Source: Polynucleobacter campilacus
GTDB lineage: Bacteria > Pseudomonadota > Gammaproteobacteria > Burkholderiales > Burkholderiaceae
Direction of reading: 5' to 3'
NCBI RefSeq assembly: GCF_002206625.1
Contig: NZ_NGUP01000003.1
Location: forward strand, 176,968 to 208,967
Length of the DNA stretch: 32,000 nt
Within the stretch, counting starts at the first letter, position 1. Each line of letters begins with the position of its first letter. Below the pieces are notes generated by a model. It saw nothing but the letters and a program-made list of their open reading frames with translations, searched no databases and was not told where the DNA came from. The position numbers and the translations under genes were made by a program. Shown piece after piece: positions 17,771 through 24,350 of the stretch.

Positions 17771-19306
17771 CTAGAGATCATTGAGATGGGTTAGGAGGTG
17801 ATCTGCATGCTCCACGATTGACTTTTGGTCCTCATCGCTAATGCGCTTGAGATTGGCAGTCATCAGCTTTGTGCGTGGACTCGATTCAAACTGACTACGA
17901 TGTTTAATTAAGAAATTCCAATACAAGGTTGTTACTGGGCAAGCTTCTTCTCCAAAGCGAACATCTGACTTGTACTGGCAGGAGCCGCAATAATTACTCA
18001 TGCGCTTGATATAGGCTCCACTGGCAATATAGGGCTTACTGGTAAAGCGACCACCATTTGCAAACAGAGCCATGCCAGCAGTATTTGGCAGCTCTACCCA
18101 CTCAATCGCATCGACATAGATTGCCAAGTACCAGTCACACACTTCTTTTGGCAGAATTTCTGCTAGCAAGGCAAAGTTGCCCGTTACCATCAGGCGCTGA
18201 ATATGATGCGCATAACCATACTGCAGTGTTTGACCGATCGCATCTTTCATACAAGCCATATTGGTTTGACCAGTCCAATACCATTTAGGTAGAGCTCTTT
18301 GATGATCGTAATAATTATCTTGAGCCATCTTAGGCATATCTAAGTAATACATGCCTCGTACAAACTCTCGCCAACCGAGTATTTGGCGAATAAATCCCTC
18401 AACGGTAGAAAGATCTAAAGAGTATTTTTTCCAGGCCTGCAAAACAGCGGCAATCACTTCTCGTGGGTTGAGTAACTTCAGATTGAGTGAGCTCGATAGA
18501 ATGGAATGCCAGCCAAACGGAGTATCCGTCCACATGGCATCCTGAAATACTCCAAAGTTTCTTAAACGATATTCCACAAAATAATCTAGCGCTTCAAGGG
18601 CTTGAGCTCGAGTTACTGGCCACCGAAAATGATCTAGTGAGCCAGGATGATTTGGGTAGGTATCGTTAACAAACTCAAGAACTTCTTTTGTCGCTGAATC
18701 TGGCTCAAATAATACGGGGGACTCAATAATGCCGGGGCCCTTTTTAGAATAGGACTTACGGTTGTCTTGATCAAAATTCCACTGTCCGCCTTGAGGATTC
18801 CCTTGGTTATCAACCAGGATATTGTGGCGCTTACGCATTAGGCGATAAAAGTACTCTAGCCGTAATTCTTTTTTATCCGCTACCCATTCCAAAAACTCTT
18901 GATGCGAGCAATAGAAGTGATCATCCTCACGCATCTCAAGTCTGAGCGATAGCTCGCCTGCCAATTCTTCTATCTGCTGCTTTAAGCGCCATTCGCCTGG
19001 TTCAACACAGATGAGGTCTGTAACGCCCTTTTTAATCAGTTTTTCTTTTAAGGCCTCAACGATTGATAGCGGTGAGTCTTTAATGTAAGTCAGAGGGTAC
19101 TTGAGCTCTTTTAACTGAATGGCAAAGTGGCGCATAGCAGATAAAAACAGAGCAATCTTGGCTTTATGGGACCAAACATATTGCGCTTCTGCAATGGACT
19201 CAATCATGACTATTTCATCAGTCTTGAAATCAAAACCTCTGAGGGCAGCTCCATTTAAATCTAACTGATCCCCCAGAATCAGAACTATTCTTTTGGGAGA
19301 ACTCAT
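17771..19306 (-). CDS. FeS-cluster bacterial cryptochrome/photolyase (FeS-BCP, CryB/PhrB-type (6-4) photolyase family)
   Basis: 511 aa. The Cys spacing is C-x87-C-x2-C-x12-C by my own count (NMAC...NYCGSCQYKSDVRFGEEAC), the 4Fe-4S ligand pattern of CryB/PhrB. The protein is of the COG3046 photolyase-related type. Confidence 0.9.
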   Translation of the reverse strand: MSSPKRIVLILGDQLDLNGAALRGFDFKTDEIVMIESIAEAQYVWSHKAKIALFLSAMRHFAIQLKELKYPLTYIKDSPLSIVEALKEKLIKKGVTDLICVEPGEWRLKQQIEELAGELSLRLEMREDDHFYCSHQEFLEWVADKKELRLEYFYRLMRKRHNILVDNQGNPQGGQWNFDQDNRKSYSKKGPGIIESPVLFEPDSATKEVLEFVNDTYPNHPGSLDHFRWPVTRAQALEALDYFVEYRLRNFGVFQDAMWTDTPFGWHSILSSSLNLKLLNPREVIAAVLQAWKKYSLDLSTVEGFIRQILGWREFVRGMYYLDMPKMAQDNYYDHQRALPKWYWTGQTNMACMKDAIGQTLQYGYAHHIQRLMVTGNFALLAEILPKEVCDWYLAIYVDAIEWVELPNTAGMALFANGGRFTSKPYIASGAYIKRMSNYCGSCQYKSDVRFGEEACPVTTLYWNFLIKHRSQFESSPRTKLMTANLKRISDEDQKSIVEHADHLLTHLNDL

Positions 19307-19572
19307 TTATTTTTGTACTGTGTTGGACAATAGGCGCGATCAACCAACTTACTTCGAAGCGCAACGTGCTTGGTTGCTCTTCCTGTAACGCGCTTACGCC
19401 ATAATTCAAATGAACCCCGTTTAAGTTCGTGGCGCATTAATTGAATGACTTGTGGCTCAGATAATCCAAATGATTTCTCGATGGCATCAAATGGGGTACG
19501 GTCTTCCCAGGCCATCTCAATCAGGCGGGATATATCAGATTCAGAAAGTGTTTTGGACAAGAATTTTGGCAC
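19303..19572 (-). CDS. TIGR03643 (DUF2805) family protein
   Basis: 89 aa. Contains LIEMAWEDRTPFDAIEKSFGLSEPQVIQLMRHELKRGSFELWRKRV. It overlaps the photolyase start by 4 nt. Confidence 0.75.
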   Translation of the reverse strand: MPKFLSKTLSESDISRLIEMAWEDRTPFDAIEKSFGLSEPQVIQLMRHELKRGSFELWRKRVTGRATKHVALRSKLVDRAYCPTQYKNK

Positions 19573-19632
19573 CCTGCAAGTTTATGACTTATTTACTAAA
19601 CTTGTACGACACATGAATATTTCAAAAACCAG

Positions 19633-19980
19633 ATGATTGGCAAAATTCGCAGGAAGTTAATTTCGCTTGCGCCAACACCATTCCTAAAAGCGGTGGATGT
19701 GGTCTGCCCTATCTGCGACCGCCCTATACCTGATTCCCAAAAAGATGCCCATCACCTCATACCGAAGTCCAAAGGCGGGAAAACTACCGAGTACCTACAC
19801 CGGATTTGTCATCGTCAGATACACGCCCTCTTTACTGAAACTGAACTAGCCGTGCAATTTAATACTGCTACAGCTCTTCAAGAACATCCTGAAATGCAGC
19901 GATTTATTCATTGGGTTAAATCAAAGCCTAATCACTTTTATGAAAAATCACGTAAAAGTTCTCGCTTAAAAGAAATTTAA
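19633..19980 (+). CDS. HNH endonuclease family protein
   Basis: 115 aa. CPICDRPIP...DAHHLIPKSKGG...HRICHRQIH carries a zinc-finger-like Cys pair plus the HNH core. Confidence 0.7.
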   Translation: MIGKIRRKLISLAPTPFLKAVDVVCPICDRPIPDSQKDAHHLIPKSKGGKTTEYLHRICHRQIHALFTETELAVQFNTATALQEHPEMQRFIHWVKSKPNHFYEKSRKSSRLKEI

Positions 19981-20044
19981 CCCTTAAATAAGGCCAGAGG
20001 CGAAAGACAAAACCCCCACCATTTCTGATGAGGGTTTGCTTTTC

Positions 20045-20121
20045 TGGTGGGCCCACCAGGACTTGAACCTGGGACCAAAGGATTATGAGTCCTCTGCTCT
20101 AACCAACTGAGCTATAGGCCC
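20045..20121 (-). tRNA. tRNA with CAU anticodon (Met, or more likely lysidine-type Ile2)
   Basis: The reverse complement is GGGCCTATAGCTCAGTTGGTTAGAGCAGAGGACTCATAATCCTTTGGTCCCAGGTTCAAGTCCTGGTGGGCCCACCA (77 nt). It has a 7-bp acceptor stem, an encoded CCA and anticodon loop CT-CAT-AA. The anticodon arm, variable loop and T arm resemble E. coli ileX more than metT, as I remember them. Confidence 0.9.
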
Positions 20122-20123
20122 GT
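20083..20123. repeat. 41-bp direct repeat, copy 1 (att-like, inside the intact tRNA)
   Basis: TTATGAGTCCTCTGCTCTAACCAACTGAGCTATAGGCCCGT is identical to 25726..25766. It covers tRNA nt 1-39 plus 2 nt upstream. Confidence 0.95.
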
Positions 20124-20273
20124 ATAAACCTTGTTGGAATCTATAAGTGGCTATTGTAATAGTTTCCCCGTGCTGACGAATGTGCTGACTATGCCAACCC
20201 CGTCAAACCTATACGCCTTGTAGCTTCAGAGTGTCTAATCCTAATTATTAGGGTTGGTTGATGGTGTAGAAAC

Positions 20274-20302
20274 AAAAAAGCCACTGCGAACAGTGGCTTT
20301 TT
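20274..20302 (-). terminator. rho-independent terminator after the OMP gene
   Basis: AAAAAAGCCACTG-CGAA-CAGTGGCTTTTT: an 8-bp GC-rich stem with a T-tract on the minus strand, 17 nt after the stop. Confidence 0.8.
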
Positions 20303-20318
20303 GAGAGGCTAAGTTTGT

Positions 20319-21023
20319 TTAGAACTTGTAGCCAACACCAACGAGGAGTTGGTACGAGTTAATACTTGGGTTGCTTGTGAGCTTATAACCATCTGTTTGA
20401 GTGGCAGAAAAGCTTGGCTTGCCGTAACTCATATAGTTACCTTCAGCAAATCCATAAATACCGCCAGTGATGATTTGCTTGTAGCCCAAGCCAACCACAT
20501 ATCCGCCTTGCGTTGATGATGAGTTAGTGCTAACTAAAGAACCACTGCTACTTGTAGTGTATGTAGTTGGAGTCTGCTGCTTGATGGACACAGAGCTATA
20601 GCCTGCCTTCAGATACACTAATTTGTCTTTATCAATCTCGTATCCAGGTGTAACGAATATGTTAAGACGATTAGAGGTTTCTAGCGTGGAGCCCTTAAGT
20701 GAATATCCACCAATATTTGAGTTGTATGTTGAACTCTTTTGATTCAAGACAGAATAATCTACACCAATTCCTACCAACCACTTAGGAGCAACAGAATAGT
20801 TATAACCAGCGCCAATCACCAATGGGATACCGCCAAAAGATTGGCTACTGCTATTCCAAGTATCATTAGCACCTGCTTGACTGCCAGTGTAATTTAAATT
20901 TGAAGCATTGTTACTCTCATATCCAGTAGCAATCTGTCCATAGAATCCTTCAAATGCTGACTGAGCCATTGCTGAACTAGCCACTACTGTTGCGGCGGCT
21001 GCTACTAATAGTTTGATTTTCAT
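20319..21023 (-). CDS. small outer-membrane beta-barrel protein (OmpA-like / opacity-type barrel)
   Basis: 234 aa with signal peptide MKIKLLVAAAATVVASSAMA. It shows alternating aromatic/Gly beta-strand patterns, S/T/N-rich loops and the C-terminal ...LLVGVGYKF with terminal Phe. The Shine-Dalgarno sequence is AAGGGA. Confidence 0.75.
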   Translation of the reverse strand: MKIKLLVAAAATVVASSAMAQSAFEGFYGQIATGYESNNASNLNYTGSQAGANDTWNSSSQSFGGIPLVIGAGYNYSVAPKWLVGIGVDYSVLNQKSSTYNSNIGGYSLKGSTLETSNRLNIFVTPGYEIDKDKLVYLKAGYSSVSIKQQTPTTYTTSSSGSLVSTNSSSTQGGYVVGLGYKQIITGGIYGFAEGNYMSYGKPSFSATQTDGYKLTSNPSINSYQLLVGVGYKF

Positions 21024-21185
21024 TCTGTTATCCCTTGTGTCGTTAGTTATTTTTATTGCTTGTAGTAATTAATTAAAATTACCAGTATGATTATATATAT
21101 TAGTATGGTTTTTGCTTGATGGATGTTTGCTACCCCCCCTTAGAGCACTGCTGGCTGGGGTTCGTGCGTTGTGGGTTTACAACAT

Positions 21186-21371
21186 TCAGTTTTGAATGGG
21201 CATTTTGGCTTTAGCTAATTGAGTCTGAGCCTTAGCGACTTGCTGACGCTGTCGTTCAGCTTTGACAGCCTCTTGACTGCGTTTAACTTGTTGCTTGAGC
21301 GTGTCAATACGCTGTTGCTGTGGCGTCAGTGGCCGTATAGGTTTGATGGTGGTGACTTCTTTGATGAGCAT
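21186..21371 (-). CDS. hypothetical protein (61 aa, Q/K-rich helical)
   Basis: MLIKEVTTIKPIRPLTPQQQRIDTLKQQVKRSQEAVKAERQRQQVAKAQ... The ATG at 21371 lies 4 nt after the stop of the previous small ORF. The longer 87-aa track version would overlap that ORF. Confidence 0.4.
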   Translation of the reverse strand: MLIKEVTTIKPIRPLTPQQQRIDTLKQQVKRSQEAVKAERQRQQVAKAQTQLAKAKMPIQN

Positions 21372-21375
21372 AGAC

Positions 21376-21522
21376 TTAATGTATTTGTGTAGGAATGCTA
21401 ACAACGTTGTTGGCGCCAAACTGCGCTTGCAATATCTTCTGCGCCTCAAGCGTAGAAGTTGCGAAGACTACTGTAGTCACCACCATCCCACTTGCTCTGA
21501 CTGTTGCACGAAACTGTTTCAT
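21376..21522 (-). CDS. hypothetical protein (48 aa)
   Basis: MKQFRATVRASGMVVTTVVFATSTLEAQKILQAQFGANNVVSIPTQIH. The ATG at 21522 lies 4 nt after the TAG of the 146-aa ORF. There is no strong Shine-Dalgarno sequence, so expression would rely on translational coupling. Confidence 0.4.
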   Translation of the reverse strand: MKQFRATVRASGMVVTTVVFATSTLEAQKILQAQFGANNVVSIPTQIH

Positions 21523-21526
21523 ATAA

Positions 21527-21967
21527 CTACTTATCAAACACTTTACGAACATTGATGCTTGCGTTATTGATTTGCGTATCAAGTTCTCCAGCCTCAACAG
21601 CTTGCTTGACAAGCTCTAACGCTTTAATCAACGCTGTTGCACTTTCCACTTCAATACTTCCTTTGCCTTTAACAAGCTCTATAGTTTGTGTGCCATATCT
21701 AATGCTCACGCACATCTTGCCTTGTTCATTCTTAAACCACCACTCGCGAATACGTTTGGGAACTTCTACTTGTTTGCGTAAGCCTGTTTCTCTATCTACT
21801 ATGCTTTTATATTTCTTGACAACAAACTGCGTGCCTTCAATTTGACTTTTGGCTAACTGAATTTGCTCCCATAGTTTGTTTGATAGTTTATTTCTGCGTA
21901 AAACGATTTGTGGCAGATGTGCTGGTTTTTTTGCTGTGCTAAGTTTCAATCCATCCAATGTGCTCAT
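21527..21967 (-). CDS. hypothetical protein (146 aa)
   Basis: MSTLDGLKLSTAKKPAHLPQIVLRRNKLSNKLWEQIQLAK...KRIREWWFKNEQGKMCVSIRYG...LELVKQAVEAGELD. A GGAG Shine-Dalgarno sequence lies 9 nt upstream. It resembles conserved hypotheticals I have seen in proteobacterial mobile elements, but I cannot name the family. Confidence 0.6.
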   Translation of the reverse strand: MSTLDGLKLSTAKKPAHLPQIVLRRNKLSNKLWEQIQLAKSQIEGTQFVVKKYKSIVDRETGLRKQVEVPKRIREWWFKNEQGKMCVSIRYGTQTIELVKGKGSIEVESATALIKALELVKQAVEAGELDTQINNASINVRKVFDK

Positions 21968-22005
21968 TACTCATTCTCCAAGTTGATTTATAGGTATGGT
22001 TTATC

Positions 22006-22044
22006 AAAAAGCAGACTTTTTTTGTTATAAAAAACCCTGCGTTT
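22006..22044. repeat. imperfect A/T-flanked hairpin; its 3' arm (22029..22044) is the exact reverse complement of 23689..23704
   Basis: AAAAAGCAGACTTTTTTT-GTT-ATAAAAAACCCTGCGTTT. On the minus strand it reads as a terminator-like hairpin plus a T-run, about 40 nt upstream of the 146-aa ORF. Confidence 0.6.
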
Positions 22045-22333
22045 GCCTAAACCCTATATATCTACTGTAGTTGCGGTGTATGGCTTTATGCGACCTCTTT
22101 TTGCCACCAAGTTCCCATTCAAACCAAATAAAAGGATGGAAAAAATTACGGATTATTTGGTCTTGTATAAATAAAATACAAATGAGACAAAGGTTGGCAC
22201 GCCAAATGTATGTGCTGTTAAATCCGTTCTGATGTGTGACGGTAGACGATTGGGTTGCTCATTACTCGCTGTATCGCACTACCTAGCTGTAGTTATCCAC
22301 TATGTGCTAGATGCCTTAAATGCCACACCACTG

Positions 22334-22344
22334 TGTAGAAGCGT
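22334..22344 (+). repeat. TGTAGAAGCGT motif, copy 1
   Basis: An 11-mer identical to 22584..22594. The core TGTAGAAGC is shared with copy 3. Confidence 0.8.
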
Positions 22345-22570
22345 TTGCGATGCTGTAATGGTTAGTAGCGTAGCGATATGCGAATAAAGTGAGTGGGATG
22401 CCACAATTAAACCCACAAACACTCCACAAAGCTACTGATATAGGCTGTGGAAGTGTTGCGTTAGACGAGCACATAAAAGGGGATAGCAAAACCTACCTTC
22501 CTTGTTAAATCAAGTTGTGTGTATATCAGTTATGAAAACCTAAGTAAAAGTATTTACGAGATTACTTAAA

Positions 22571-22598
22571 AGCCACGCTTACTTGTAGAAGCGTGGCT
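22571..22598. repeat. 10-bp-stem hairpin containing motif copy 2 (CTTGTAGAAGCGT at 22582..22594)
   Basis: AGCCACGCTT-ACTTGTAG-AAGCGTGGCT. Confidence 0.8.
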
Positions 22599-22741
22599 TA
22601 TGCTTCCTAGTAAAAGATATCTAAAAGCAATTTCAAATAATCAATGAATAAGAAATTAAAAAAGAAAGTGCTGAGTAAAAGCGATAGCTTTTATGAAAGC
22701 ACAAGTTAGCGTAGCTAACTTCTAAACAAATACATCAATTA

Positions 22742-22752
22742 GCTTCTACAAG
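22742..22752 (-). repeat. motif copy 3, inverted (GCTTCTACAAG = reverse complement of CTTGTAGAAGC)
   Basis: A perfect 11-bp inverted repeat with 22582..22592, enclosing 149 bp. Confidence 0.8.
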
Positions 22753-23038
22753 CAATTTAATCTAACTATCTAATAGCTACACAGCTGAGAATTAAACACA
22801 CAGCACATAGACGCTATACGCAAGTCTATGCATTTCTGTAGTCAATGTCCCACAAACCCAATAAATAGCTATATGTAAGGAAATAAGCAAAACATTACAT
22901 TTGATATTTAAAACAGCTTATCCCATTGATTATTGGAAGGAATTTAATTTGATACAGAGTTGGCACAAAGAGGTCGCAGAAAGAAACAAAAGAAAACACA
23001 ATTTAGCTATAGCAAAACTTTGGTTAGGAAAGAAAACT

Positions 23039-23614
23039 ATGGCTAAGCAAGCAAAAGTGTTAAACAACGCAGAAATTCGTAAAGTGCTTGATTATTGCGC
23101 TACACGAAAACACGCATCACGCAACAGAGCATTAGTAATGATGATGTTTAATACGGGAATGCGTGTCAGTGAAGTGGCAAGCCTACGAATACGCGATGTT
23201 ATGGATACTGATAGCAGTATAAAGAACGAAATACGCTTATTGGCAGAAAACACAAAGACGAATGAGGCAAGAACAGTATTTGTAAATGAGAAGTTGCGAA
23301 GAGAGCTACAGCAATATGCCAAACTCCTTGTAAATACCAATCCTAACTGTAAGTTCTTTTACAGTCAAAAGCGAGATAGTGATGGATTTACAGCAAATAC
23401 ACTGACACAGCACTTCCACTATCTTTATAAGCGTGTGGGTTTGGATGGAGCAAGCTCACACTCATCTCGTCGCACTTTCATTACCACTTTAGCCAACAAA
23501 GGAATTGGTGTGCGTGTGATTATGGGTTTAAGTGGTCACAAAGCACTCAGTAGCGTTCAATGCTACATAGACTGTAATAGCGAATTGATGCGTAATGCTG
23601 TAGAGATGGTTTAA
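23039..23614 (+). CDS. small tyrosine recombinase, catalytic domain only (FimB/FimE/MrpI-sized, 191 aa)
   Basis: ATG 23039 has an AGGAAAG Shine-Dalgarno sequence; the track's TTG 22901 extension looks non-coding. Catalytic signature: Arg in NTGMRVSEV, HSSRRTF (HxxR) and GHKALSSVQCYID (His...Tyr). Confidence 0.8.
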   Translation: MAKQAKVLNNAEIRKVLDYCATRKHASRNRALVMMMFNTGMRVSEVASLRIRDVMDTDSSIKNEIRLLAENTKTNEARTVFVNEKLRRELQQYAKLLVNTNPNCKFFYSQKRDSDGFTANTLTQHFHYLYKRVGLDGASSHSSRRTFITTLANKGIGVRVIMGLSGHKALSSVQCYIDCNSELMRNAVEMV

Positions 23615-23688
23615 CTTGGTCAGCTTGGTTGGGATGGGATGGTTGGTTTTTATGGCCTTGTAAGCCAAGTAATTATAAGGGTTTAAGG

Positions 23689-23730
23689 AAACGCAGGGTT
23701 TTTTACAAATAAACAAAAAACCTGCGTTTT
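23689..23730. terminator. bidirectional terminator-like inverted repeat between convergent genes
   Basis: AAACGCAGG(G)TTTTTT-ACAAATAAAC-AAAAAACCTGCGTTTT: 9+6 bp of pairing with one bulged G. Confidence 0.6.
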
Positions 23731-23739
23731 AATAAACCA

Positions 23740-24327
23740 CTACTTCTTCCGTTTTTTCACTGCCTTTTCGTGCTCTCTCACCAAATCTAACTGTTCTTTT
23801 TTTTCTACACTTAGCTTACTCTCAAGCATTTTCAATATTGCTTCTTCTGACTCCCTAATTTCTCTATCTCTTTTAGTAAGCCCAATACTACCTTTTGGTG
23901 TAAATCCTGCTCTCGTTAAGGCAATATTCCCTGCACTCTCTGCGCTTGCTCCACGCTTACCTTCATCTATAGCTTTACTCCACGCATCCATAAACACTCT
24001 TGCAGCCTTTGCCTCTCTCTGTCTTTGTAGTTCTCTAATATCATCCACTACATTTGCATTCAACTCTTCTAATGCTTGCTTATAAATTCCTAAACGCACA
24101 TCTCTAATTTCTTTCCATCCAATAGCATCTTTTTCTTCTTGTGTTTTTGGTCTCTTATGCGTTTTCTTTAATTTCTGTTGATGAGCTAATGCCTCTTTTA
24201 ATTCCTTTTGCTGTTGTTCATTCAAAAGTGTTTTATCTTTTTTAGCTTCAACTTCTTCACCACGCTCCATTTTTGCGATGTGCTCTTGTATGCGTTCTGG
24301 TAGATGGGTGTTGTTTAGTTTTGGCAT
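23740..24327 (-). CDS. hypothetical highly charged (K/E/Q-rich) helical protein, 195 aa
   Basis: It starts 23 nt downstream of the integrase stop on the same strand. No motif recognised. The C-terminus is ...REHEKAVKKRKK. Confidence 0.55.
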   Translation of the reverse strand: MPKLNNTHLPERIQEHIAKMERGEEVEAKKDKTLLNEQQQKELKEALAHQQKLKKTHKRPKTQEEKDAIGWKEIRDVRLGIYKQALEELNANVVDDIRELQRQREAKAARVFMDAWSKAIDEGKRGASAESAGNIALTRAGFTPKGSIGLTKRDREIRESEEAILKMLESKLSVEKKEQLDLVREHEKAVKKRKK

Positions 24328-24350
24328 AACGCCATTATTCTAACTAATCC

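Noticed and set aside
19981-20044. Weak hairpin AAACCC-(16 nt)-GGGTTT between HNH and the tRNA, as a possible terminator
   Set aside because: It has only a 6-bp stem with a large loop, and the strand assignment is ambiguous. I did not annotate it.
21376-21612. Long versions of the two micro-ORFs (78 aa from 21612; 87 aa from 21449)
   Set aside because: They would overlap the preceding genes by about 80 nt. The internal ATGs give a clean 4-nt stop-start spacing. The start choice remains uncertain.
22193-22205. GTTGGCAC (also at 22959-22966), considered as a sigma-54 -24 element; TTGGC-AC-GCCAA palindrome
   Set aside because: Neither copy has a TTGC -12 element at the required spacing. The 8-mer repeat alone is weak evidence.
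22901-23038. TTG-initiated 46-codon N-terminal extension of the small recombinase in the ORF track
   Set aside because: The in-frame ATG at 23039 has a good AGGAAAG Shine-Dalgarno sequence, and the recombinase fold begins right after it. The extension is AT-rich and looks non-coding.
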